This document shows positions 31,117 through 39,375 of a DNA stretch of 64,000 bases, piece after piece. Below the pieces are notes generated by a model. It was not told the origin of the DNA and ran no database searches. It saw only the letters and a program-made list of their open reading frames with translations. Source of the stretch: Clostridium sp. (lineage in GTDB: Bacteria; Bacillota; Clostridia; TANB77; CAG-508); contig JBQMXM010000001.1 in the NCBI GenBank assembly GCA_052174015.1, positions 27,962-91,961 on the forward strand, given 5' to 3'. The translations under genes were made by a program, and so were the position numbers. Each line of letters starts with the position of its first letter. Position 1 is the first letter of the stretch.

Positions 31117-31640
31117 ACTTTCTCCTTTAAACGAAATATTGGTTCTTTGTTTTCTCTATCATGATATGCATATACAGGCCCTAAATAATACGCTTTTCTA
31201 ATTTTTAAATCATATACTATGAAACTATAAACTGTAACATTTACTCCATACATTTTTATTTTACGTCTATTTGGTATTTCTTTTAAATTAAATTGAGAAA
31301 TATGCACTATACTGTCATCAAATTCCCTTATATCATGATGCTTAGCAGCATATTCATTATACCTTGCTTTCATTTGTCCTGAGATTGTTGTTCCATATAT
31401 ATTTAAATCATATATACTATTAGATAATATTTTTTCTTCCATTGCTGATTCTACATATTCCAATGTTGAAAGCAATTCTTGTTTTTGCTGTTCTCTAATA
31501 TAATCTAAAGAAAATGTAGTTACTGTACCTGCTATTATAGATAACAATATTATTATTGTAATTAAAGTTGTAAGTACTACACCATTTTTTTTATTTATAT
31601 TTTTCATATTATTATTAAATCCTAATCCTATTTTTTTCAT
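31113..31640 (-). CDS. Prepilin-type N-terminal domain protein (pilin/pseudopilin-like), 175 aa
   Basis: N-terminus NKKNGVVLTTLITIIILLSIIAGTV. AAAGGAAAA RBS. First gene of the four-gene cluster. Confidence 0.5.
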   Translation of the reverse strand: MKKIGLGFNNNMKNINKKNGVVLTTLITIIILLSIIAGTVTTFSLDYIREQQKQELLSTLEYVESAMEEKILSNSIYDLNIYGTTISGQMKARYNEYAAKHHDIREFDDSIVHISQFNLKEIPNRRKIKMYGVNVTVYSFIVYDLKIRKAYYLGPVYAYHDRENKEPIFRLKEKV

Positions 31641-31742
31641 ATTTTTCCTTTGTAAAGTTATATATAATATAATAATATACTTTAATAAATATTTTGTAAA
31701 TACTTTAACCTTAATTGAATATTAAAAGATATATTATAGGGG

Positions 31743-31771
31743 TTGACAAATGTTAAAAAATGTTATATTAT
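31743..31771 (+). promoter_or_regulatory. Sigma-A-type promoter for a stand-alone small RNA
   Basis: TTGACA at 31743-31748 and a TATATT/TATTAT -10 element 15-17 nt downstream with a TG extension. No protein-coding gene follows on the plus strand. Confidence 0.5.
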
Positions 31772-31775
31772 GTTT

Positions 31776-31945
31776 ATGTAAACCGTAAGAGGTTACGTTA
31801 TGCTTAATCAGAAGGAGGGTTGGTATCCTACTTCGAAGAAACTCCCCTAAAAAAGGTTTAAAACTTAGTTTTCTCCATAACAATATATTTATTCAAGCTA
31901 GGGGAGAATTTTAAGAAGGATGTTATTAACATCCTTCTTTTTCTT
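31776..31945 (+). ncRNA. Candidate ~170-nt small RNA of unassigned class (6S-like length; no obvious SRP or tmRNA motifs)
   Basis: The transcript is bounded by a consensus promoter and an intrinsic terminator (gaaggatgtt/aacatccttc followed by a T-run at 31915-31945). It is locally GC-enriched (ccgtaagaggttacg, cagaaggagggttgg, ctcccct...aggggag pairing) and lies between two minus-strand genes. Confidence 0.45.
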
Positions 31946-32040
31946 TATCTCTTTTTTTTCTATATTTTTTCTTTGTTCTTTATATTTTTACTTTTGTTTT
32001 ATTCTTTATTTTATAATTATATTTTATCTTCAATCATTTA

Positions 32041-33366
32041 TTATTCAAAATCAAATGGATTTTGTGAACCGAAGAAATTACGAATATTATTATTCTCTTG
32101 CTTTTGTTGAGTTTGATTTTCCTGTTTTTGTTGTTGTTGAATATTTTTGTTTTGTTCTTGAGTATTTGTAGTATTATTTGGAGATACTTGCATTTTCATT
32201 TTAACTGTTTGTTTCTTTCCACCTCTTATATATTCAACATCTACTAATTGATTAATTTGAACATTATTTTTTTCATTATTTATATCTGCAACTGTTGTAA
32301 CTTCTTTATTATTAAATTTAGTAATAATATCTCCTTTTTTAAGTCCACTATTTGCAGCAGATGAATTTGCAATTACTTCACTTACATATACTCCACTCTT
32401 TATATTTAAAACTTCTGCCATTTCTTTTGTTATTTCTTTTCCCATAATACCTAAAGATGGTCTTTCAACTTTTTTATTCTTAATTAGTTGTTCTGTTATT
32501 TTTTTAGTTTGATTTATTGGAATAGAAAATCCTATACCTTCAACTCCATTTCCTGCAAATTTAAGTGTATTAATACCTATAACTTCTCCATGTCTATTTA
32601 CTAAAGCTCCCCCACTATTTCCTTCATTTATTGAAGCATCTGTTTGAATTGATGTAAATGTTTTTCCATCTTGTAATTCTATTTTACGATTTATCGCACT
32701 TATAATTCCAGCAGTAACTGTACTTTTAAGTCCTAATGGGCTACCAATTGCCATTGCAAATTCCCCAATTTTTACATTGTCTGAGTTACCAAGTGTTGCT
32801 GGAACTAGATTATCTTTTTTAACTTTAATTACTGCTAAATCTGTTTGTTCATCTGTACCTACAATTTCTCCTTGTACTTTAGTATCATCATTAAATGTAA
32901 CTGTAATACTTTTAGCTTCTGTTATTGAGAAAAATGAGTTATTATTTTTTGGATTAACAACATGATTATTAGTTAAGATATATCCATCTTTAGATATTAT
33001 TATACCTGAACCTGAAGCTTTTGCTACTCCACTTTGAAATGGACTAGATACAGTATATTCAATAGAAATACCAACAATAGATGGTAATACTTTAGCAGCT
33101 ACTCCTTCTGATGTTTTTGAATATTCTTCTAAATTAACTAAGTTATTATTATTATTATTTGTTTGTGTATTATTAGGTTTATATGATAATTTTTGAGCTA
33201 TATCTTTAAAACCTAATCCTAACCACATTGATGATATTATCATCACAACTATTATTAATAATAATATGATTATCACTAAAATTGGTCTTCTTTTTTTATC
33301 AGAAGCTCCAAATTTTTTAAAATCATTTTCTTTACTGAAATTAAATTCATTATTTTTTTCTGACAT
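32041..33366 (-). CDS. htrA: HtrA/DegP-family serine protease with an N-terminal TM anchor and C-terminal PDZ domain
   Basis: Catalytic triad context (TNNHVV, D in the DLAVIKV region, GNSGGALVN), a PDZ domain, and a Gln/Asn-rich C-terminal tail. Confidence 0.9.
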   Translation of the reverse strand: MSEKNNEFNFSKENDFKKFGASDKKRRPILVIIILLLIIVVMIISSMWLGLGFKDIAQKLSYKPNNTQTNNNNNNLVNLEEYSKTSEGVAAKVLPSIVGISIEYTVSSPFQSGVAKASGSGIIISKDGYILTNNHVVNPKNNNSFFSITEAKSITVTFNDDTKVQGEIVGTDEQTDLAVIKVKKDNLVPATLGNSDNVKIGEFAMAIGSPLGLKSTVTAGIISAINRKIELQDGKTFTSIQTDASINEGNSGGALVNRHGEVIGINTLKFAGNGVEGIGFSIPINQTKKITEQLIKNKKVERPSLGIMGKEITKEMAEVLNIKSGVYVSEVIANSSAANSGLKKGDIITKFNNKEVTTVADINNEKNNVQINQLVDVEYIRGGKKQTVKMKMQVSPNNTTNTQEQNKNIQQQQKQENQTQQKQENNNIRNFFGSQNPFDFE

Positions 33367-33533
33367 ATTATCCTCCTTATTTTTTATATTATATTACTTA
33401 GAAAATAGAAAATCAACAACATATATTTATAAATAAATTGATATAAAATTGATGTGAAATTAATATATTGATATATTAATATATCATCGTTATATATCAT
33501 ATATATAAGATTATATACTAAGCAATAATGAAA

Positions 33534-33567
33534 AAAGATGTATTTATTAATAATTAAATACATCTTT
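33534..33567 (-). terminator. Intrinsic terminator after the autolysin-like gene
   Basis: 13-bp stem aaagatgtattta/taaatacatcttt, followed on the minus strand by ttttttc. Confidence 0.6.
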
Positions 33568-33588
33568 TAACTTTATATATTTTTTAAA

Positions 33589-35862
33589 TTACTTAGTTAA
33601 TTCTGAAATTGCATATACAATATTAGTTGCACAAACAATATTAACTTTTTCATCTTTTAGGTTTTCTTTATTATAGTCTACTTGTACATATGCCGCTAAT
33701 TTTTCTATTTCTGAAACTAATTCATTATTATTTATAATTTCTAGAACTTTGCGAACATCTTTTTGATCTATTTTACCATCTTTGTTTACATCACCTTTTT
33801 TAATTATTGTATAATAATTATTATTTACTTTTAAGATGTCTCCTGTTTTTAAAAGTTTTTTATCTGTTTTACCAATATTTTGTTTTGCTTTTTGAAGTCC
33901 TTCTGTAAATATTTCTACTTTTGTATTTTGTTTAAAGAAGTCTTCTTCTTTTACTTGCCAATCAAAGTACATAAATTTATCATCATATTTTACTAATTCT
34001 TTTAGTTTTTCATCTAATTTTAATTCGTCTTTTGGTTCTTCTGGCTTTGGTTGATTTTGAGGATTTTGTTCTTGTTCTTCTTCCTTAGGCTTTTCTGGTT
34101 GTTCTTCTTTTGGTTTCTCAGGCTCTTTATCTTTATCTTTTTCTTTGTCTTTATCCTCATTTTCTGGTTTCTTAGGTTCAGGTTGTTCAGGCTTTTCTGG
34201 TTGTTTAGGTTGTTCTGGTTGTGGTTGTGGTTTTTCTACTTCTTTTGGTAATGGTAATCCTTTTAAATATACATATTTAAAGTTTACATCTGAAGCATCT
34301 GATAATGGATATCTTGCAATATATCCTTTTTTACCTTCAAATTCAATTTCAACCCATTTATATCCGTCTGCATTTCCTACATCTTTTAATACTTTAATTT
34401 CTTGTTCATTTTTTAATGTACCTATAACTTCTCCAGATAAACTCACCTTATTTCTTACTCTAAGTGGTGCACTAAGTGTTGTAACTGCATATACAGGATA
34501 TGTTACATCTTTTTCTTCTACAAATTTGTATTTTGGTTTTTCAGGTTCGTTATTTTCTTCTTTTCCGTCTTCACCTTTTTGTACTTCTCTTATTTCAAAA
34601 TATTTATTATTTGGATTTGATCTTTTGTAGTAAGCTGTATAACCATAAGTATTTCCTAGCCTAATCTTATACCATACATGGCTTGATTCTGCTTTTTCTC
34701 TTGGAACTTCTTCTATTGCCTCAAATACTTGTCCAAAGTTTAACAATCCTAATTTTTCTGAGTTAAGATTAGGTTCTTTTCTAAATCTTACTCCTCCGTC
34801 AATAGTTATAACTGCATTATATTTATCATCATTTCCTGGTGGTGGAGTAATCTTTTTTGTCATTCTATAAAATAATGGAATTTTAAATACATATTTTTGA
34901 TTTAAATTTGAATCTACTTTTTTGTATGCTTCTCTTAAAAGTAGTCCTTCATTTATTGCTGCATGTATATTTTGCATATATTGATGGTTAACTCCACCAT
35001 TTACAACATTAAACTTCATTGTATATTTTGTATCTTGATTATTATCTAAGTAATATTTTTTAATTACTTTTGCTCCTCCTAATAATCCTTTTTTGAATGT
35101 TGTCCATCCATTATCTTTTGCATAATTTAATCCATTTCTTATTACTTCTTCTGTTCCATTTCCTGTTGCCCCTATATTTAAAGGATTATATGCTTCTATT
35201 CCATAATATGGTAACAATCCTCCCTCTTGTCTTAATTTAGTAGCAAGTTCTAAATAGTCCATATTAAGTTCTTTAGCAACTTCGTAAACTTCATTTACTC
35301 TATCTGCATTTTTTGTACCTTTTAATACATTTTCTATTAATTCTTTAGCTTTAGTTTCATCATATTTTGAAACATCAGATTTTAATGATAGGAATGAGAA
35401 AATATTTGTTTCATTCATATATACTCTTGGATCTAATAAATATCTTACTGCTTCAAGTGATGGAGCTTGCCATCTTAATTCATGTCTATCAGAATCAAAA
35501 GCTAGATTTTTTCTTTCTTCATCTATCCATTCTTTAGAATAGTTTGTAGCTCCATAACTTTCTATTAAGTTAATTGGAGATAATGTATTATTTTTTCCTC
35601 TTCCTTTTCCAAATTGTGCCTTTGCCATTTCATCAAAATCTTGACCTGTGTTTACAAATTCAAATTCCCAACTTGGATGTAATTTTTTTAATTCTTCTGC
35701 TTGCGCTGCAATACTTGGAAAGTATTGTTTTACTCTTTCTATATCTCTTGTTGTTTCTCCAACAGCTAATTTAGAATGTGCCATTGACTTTACATTTATA
35801 AATGGAAACACCATTGATAATATAGTGATTATTGCAAACATCTTTTGTATGCTTTTTTTCAT
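33589..35862 (-). CDS. Secreted cell-wall hydrolase-like protein: signal peptide, GH73-like glucosaminidase region, two SH3b-like domains, a Pro/Glu/Lys-rich linker, and a C-terminal dockerin-like (Ca-binding) repeat
   Basis: Signal peptide MFAIITILSMVFPFINVKSMA. An NGWTTFKKG...NHQYMQNIHAAINEG region similar to GH73/FlgJ-type glucosaminidases. Segments that look SH3b-like (VRFRKEPN..., LRVRNKVSLSGEVIGTL...). A PEKPKEEQPEKPKEEEQEQ linker. A C-terminal GDVNKDGKIDQKDV dockerin/EF-hand-like loop. Confidence 0.5.
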   Translation of the reverse strand: MKKSIQKMFAIITILSMVFPFINVKSMAHSKLAVGETTRDIERVKQYFPSIAAQAEELKKLHPSWEFEFVNTGQDFDEMAKAQFGKGRGKNNTLSPINLIESYGATNYSKEWIDEERKNLAFDSDRHELRWQAPSLEAVRYLLDPRVYMNETNIFSFLSLKSDVSKYDETKAKELIENVLKGTKNADRVNEVYEVAKELNMDYLELATKLRQEGGLLPYYGIEAYNPLNIGATGNGTEEVIRNGLNYAKDNGWTTFKKGLLGGAKVIKKYYLDNNQDTKYTMKFNVVNGGVNHQYMQNIHAAINEGLLLREAYKKVDSNLNQKYVFKIPLFYRMTKKITPPPGNDDKYNAVITIDGGVRFRKEPNLNSEKLGLLNFGQVFEAIEEVPREKAESSHVWYKIRLGNTYGYTAYYKRSNPNNKYFEIREVQKGEDGKEENNEPEKPKYKFVEEKDVTYPVYAVTTLSAPLRVRNKVSLSGEVIGTLKNEQEIKVLKDVGNADGYKWVEIEFEGKKGYIARYPLSDASDVNFKYVYLKGLPLPKEVEKPQPQPEQPKQPEKPEQPEPKKPENEDKDKEKDKDKEPEKPKEEQPEKPKEEEQEQNPQNQPKPEEPKDELKLDEKLKELVKYDDKFMYFDWQVKEEDFFKQNTKVEIFTEGLQKAKQNIGKTDKKLLKTGDILKVNNNYYTIIKKGDVNKDGKIDQKDVRKVLEIINNNELVSEIEKLAAYVQVDYNKENLKDEKVNIVCATNIVYAISELTK

Positions 35863-35994
35863 CTGCTTACTCCTTCCTTTGTAATAAATAATATTTTAAA
35901 TTATATATTATTTAATAAATATTTTAAACAGTTATTATTACTAAAATTATACTGCATTTATCTTTCTTTTAAAAACATTATTACATTTATATTA

Positions 35995-36723
35995 CTATTT
36001 TTTAAACAATTTATCTATTTGATTTTTGCTTAATTCTATATACTCTCCTTGTCGTATTTTTTGAACGTCTAAATTACCAATCCTATTTCTATGTAGCGCT
36101 AAAACTTTAAGTCCTACTGCTTTTGACATTTTCCTAACTTGCCTATTTTTACCTTCATGTATAACTATTTTAAATCTTGAAGTTTGTTTTTCTGCATTAA
36201 CTCCAAGCATTTTGATTTTTGCAGGTTTAGTTATATATCCATCTATTTCTACACCTTTTCTCATTTTTTCTAATTGTTCATCAGATATCTTTCCTTTTAC
36301 TGTTACAAAATATTCTTTATCAAGCATATATTTAGGATGTGTTATCTTCTGAACAGTTTCTCCATCATTTGTTAAAATAATTGCTCCTGTTGTATACATA
36401 TCAAGTCTACCTACAGTTACCAATCTAACATCTGTTTTAATAAGTTCTGTTACTATTGGTCTATTAAATTGCTCTTTATTAGTACAAATATATCCAAGTG
36501 GCTTATTTAATAGATAATATTTTTTCTCTTTTTCTATATATATTCTTTCTTTTTTTATTCCATTTTTTTCTTTATATAAATATATTATTTCATCTGATTC
36601 TATTACATCTTGTCCAATGATTGCTTTTTTACCATTTACTAAAAAATTTCCTTTAAGTATTTCTTCTTCTGCTTTTCTTCTTGAAAATTTACCACTTTGT
36701 GATATATATTTTTGTATTCTCAT
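35995..36723 (-). CDS. rluB: Pseudouridine synthase, RsuA/RluB family (S4 domain + catalytic domain)
   Basis: S4 region MRIQKYISQSGKFSRRKAEE and a catalytic GRLDMYTTG motif. Confidence 0.85.
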   Translation of the reverse strand: MRIQKYISQSGKFSRRKAEEEILKGNFLVNGKKAIIGQDVIESDEIIYLYKEKNGIKKERIYIEKEKKYYLLNKPLGYICTNKEQFNRPIVTELIKTDVRLVTVGRLDMYTTGAIILTNDGETVQKITHPKYMLDKEYFVTVKGKISDEQLEKMRKGVEIDGYITKPAKIKMLGVNAEKQTSRFKIVIHEGKNRQVRKMSKAVGLKVLALHRNRIGNLDVQKIRQGEYIELSKNQIDKLFKK

Positions 36724-36735
36724 ATTATTATTATA

Positions 36736-37659
36736 TTATTCTCCCATTTCTTTTAATATTTGCTGTATTTCTTCATATTCAGGTAATTTAAATTCTAAAT
36801 TTTGTTTTGTAATTGGATGTTCAAATTTTAAATAATAGCTTTGTAAAACTTGTCCATTTATACCAAAAACATTTTTTCCATTTGAATATATATTGTCTCC
36901 AATAATTGGATATCCTAAATATGATAAATGTACTCTAATTTGATGTGTTCGTCCTGTAAATATTTCTACATCTAAAAATGTATATCCTTTTTTTGAATAT
37001 ATATTATTAAATTTTGTAATTGCTTCTTTCCCTTCAGAACTAACTGCCATCATATGTCTTTTTTTAGTATTTCTACCTATAGGTAATTTAATTATAGCTT
37101 CTTTATCTTTTACTTCACCTTTTACAATACAATAATATTTTTTAATAACTTTATGATTTTTAAACATTTCTATACATTTAATATATGTTTCTTCTGTTTT
37201 AGCAACAATTATTAAACCTGTGGTATTTTTATCTAATCTATGTACAATTCCTTTTCTACCTTCTTCTCCTGGTAAAAATGGATATATTTTTTCTAAAATA
37301 TCTGACATTGTTAACTCTATACTATTACCTTTATGTACAATTAATCCTTTAGGTTTATTTACTATCAAAAGATATTCGTCTTCATATACTATATTTTTAG
37401 TAATTAATTCTAAATCTTTTTCTGTTATTTCTATTTTAGGTGGTGATATAATTTTTAGTATTTTATCCATATCAATAGTAATAACATCTCCTAAACTTAT
37501 TTTAGCATTATTTTTAGTTTCTTTAGAATTTAAAAGAATAGATTTTTCTTCTATTCCTTTTTGAATTATCTGTCTTGTTATTTTAGGGTTATCTATTTTT
37601 AATTTATTTGTTATATATTTATCTATTCTTTCTATTTGTTCTGTTACTATTATTTCCAA
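36736..37659 (-). CDS. rluD: Pseudouridine synthase, RluA/RluD family
   Basis: N-terminal S4 domain, catalytic HRLDKNTTGLIIVAKT. Confidence 0.85.
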   Translation of the reverse strand: MEIIVTEQIERIDKYITNKLKIDNPKITRQIIQKGIEEKSILLNSKETKNNAKISLGDVITIDMDKILKIISPPKIEITEKDLELITKNIVYEDEYLLIVNKPKGLIVHKGNSIELTMSDILEKIYPFLPGEEGRKGIVHRLDKNTTGLIIVAKTEETYIKCIEMFKNHKVIKKYYCIVKGEVKDKEAIIKLPIGRNTKKRHMMAVSSEGKEAITKFNNIYSKKGYTFLDVEIFTGRTHQIRVHLSYLGYPIIGDNIYSNGKNVFGINGQVLQSYYLKFEHPITKQNLEFKLPEYEEIQQILKEMGE

Positions 37660-38074
37660 TTTTTCCTCTTTTATTCTTATTAATATATATAATTGCTAAC
37701 AATGGTAATATTATTGCAGCATTTAAAATTAGTATAATACTCATTGTTTTCTTTTTACCATTATTTTTTGCTTTTTGTTTATTTTGTTTTTTTTGTTCTT
37801 CTACTAAATTATGTGCATCTACTTGATTAACATTTAACCTTTTCTCATTTTCTTCTTGTTCTTTTTCTACATCTATTTCTTTAACTTCTAAAGTTTCTTC
37901 TCTATTATTTAATTGATTTGATAAAAATACATTATTAATGGCATTATTACTAATATTATTTTTTATAAATATATTTTGGTTAATCATTAATAATATAATA
38001 CTTACACAAATTATTGTAATTATACTAACTACATTATATATCTTATTTTTATTTGCATTCATATTTGTATTCAT
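37619..38074 (-). CDS. Hypothetical small membrane protein (Asn-rich, two TM helices)
   Basis: 151-aa ORF with a TM helix near each end. Overlaps the rluD start by 41 nt. Low-complexity composition, so the call is weak. Confidence 0.3.
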   Translation of the reverse strand: MNTNMNANKNKIYNVVSIITIICVSIILLMINQNIFIKNNISNNAINNVFLSNQLNNREETLEVKEIDVEKEQEENEKRLNVNQVDAHNLVEEQKKQNKQKAKNNGKKKTMSIILILNAAIILPLLAIIYINKNKRGKIGNNSNRTNRKNR

Positions 38075-38088
38075 ATTTATCTCCTTGA

Positions 38089-38538
38089 TTATAGATATAG
38101 TATTAATGTTAAAATTACTCCTGTTAACATTCCTGCATATACTTCTATTTTTGTATGTCCTAAAAGTTCAACTAATTTTTTTTCTCTTTTTTCGTCTTGT
38201 ATTTGTGGATTTTCATCTAATATCTTATTTAATATTTTAGCATGTTCTCCTGCTGCTCTTCTTACACCTGTAGCATCATACATAACTATTAATGCAATTA
38301 TTGCAACAATTGCAAATTCAAGTGATTCAAAACCTTTTCCTAGACCTGTAATTGTAGCAAGTGATGATATAAGGGCTGAATGTGAACTTGGTAAGCCACC
38401 TGTTGTTAGAATTTTATATAGATTTATTTTCTTTTCTTTTATAGAAAAATATATAACTTTTGCTCCTTGTGTACACAATAATACTATTATTGGTATTATT
38501 AAGGCTTTATTAGTTATAATTAATTTTAAAGTCTCCAT
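38089..38538 (-). CDS. Divergent PAP2 family membrane protein (DUF212, YuiD-like)
   Basis: Motif TGGLPSSHSALISSLATI and AGEHAKILN typical of the DUF212 acid-phosphatase/haloperoxidase-related family. Confidence 0.75.
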   Translation of the reverse strand: METLKLIITNKALIIPIIVLLCTQGAKVIYFSIKEKKINLYKILTTGGLPSSHSALISSLATITGLGKGFESLEFAIVAIIALIVMYDATGVRRAAGEHAKILNKILDENPQIQDEKREKKLVELLGHTKIEVYAGMLTGVILTLILYL

Positions 38539-38756
38539 TATTTTTCTCCTTCTTTTTCATCTATAAATTTTTGAACTTGTTTTTCTGCTTCATCTAATTG
38601 TTTAAATGCTTCTTTTGCATATTCCATACCTTGAGTATATTTTTTTATTGATTCATCTAAATTTAAATTATCATTTGATAATTCTTCACTTATTTTTTCT
38701 ATACTATTAAATAATTCTTCTAATGACTTATTATTTTCTTCTTGCTTTGCTTTCAT
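38538..38756 (-). CDS. xseB: Exodeoxyribonuclease VII small subunit
   Basis: 72 aa; LEELFNSIEKISEELSNDNLNLDESIKKYTQGMEYAKEAFKQL matches XseB. Confidence 0.8.
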   Translation of the reverse strand: MKAKQEENNKSLEELFNSIEKISEELSNDNLNLDESIKKYTQGMEYAKEAFKQLDEAEKQVQKFIDEKEGEK

Positions 38757-38770
38757 AATATTCTCCTTGT

Positions 38771-39367
38771 TTACTGTTGTTTTATTATCTCTTTATTTAC
38801 TACATTAACTCTATAAAATCCTTCTACATATTGTGAATTAACACTTTTTACTTGAACTATATATGTATTATTATCTATAATATCCATAATTTGATATGTA
38901 AAGTCTTGTCTTTGTAATTTTGATTTTAATATATCTATTGCTTTTTGTGAATTACTTTTTTGTTCATTATTCCAAACTGCATTTGATTTTGCATTTTCAT
39001 TTGATAATGATTGATTATTTGTACTCTTTTCTTCTTTTATCTTTGAAAATTTTTCTTTTTCTTTTACATTATTATCTTCTTTTTTTGTTGATTTATTTTC
39101 ATTTTTTTCTTTTTCATTACCATTATCATTATTAGTATTTACATTTTGTTTTTTATCATTCATATTATTTGGAATATTTGTATTTGAATTTGCATTAGCA
39201 TTTACATTACTATTACTATTATCAATATTATTAAATTTAAAACCATTTTTTTGTCCTACAAAATATATAATACTACAAACAATTAATAATAATAGTATAA
39301 TTGTAACAATATTGTTTATAATAACTTTTTTTCTTCTAGTATCTTTTTTTGTTGTTTTTTTAGACAT
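38771..39367 (-). CDS. Hypothetical membrane-anchored protein inserted between xseA and xseB
   Basis: 198 aa. N-terminal TM helix, a long Asn-rich linker, and a C-terminal ~60-aa region that may form a globular domain (no match recognised). Confidence 0.4.
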   Translation of the reverse strand: MSKKTTKKDTRRKKVIINNIVTIILLLLIVCSIIYFVGQKNGFKFNNIDNSNSNVNANANSNTNIPNNMNDKKQNVNTNNDNGNEKEKNENKSTKKEDNNVKEKEKFSKIKEEKSTNNQSLSNENAKSNAVWNNEQKSNSQKAIDILKSKLQRQDFTYQIMDIIDNNTYIVQVKSVNSQYVEGFYRVNVVNKEIIKQQ

Positions 39368-39375
39368 TTTAACCT

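Noticed and set aside
31776-31945. Assigning the candidate sRNA to SRP RNA (ffs) or tmRNA.
   Set aside because: The conserved SRP domain IV motif (GGAAG...AGCAG) and the tmRNA tRNA-like ends (GGGG... and a T-arm/CCA) are not present, so the class is left open.
31920-32171. Plus-strand 83-aa ORF overlapping the sRNA terminator and the 3' end of htrA.
   Set aside because: It starts inside the terminator hairpin, has a Phe-rich low-complexity translation and is antisense to the htrA C-terminus.
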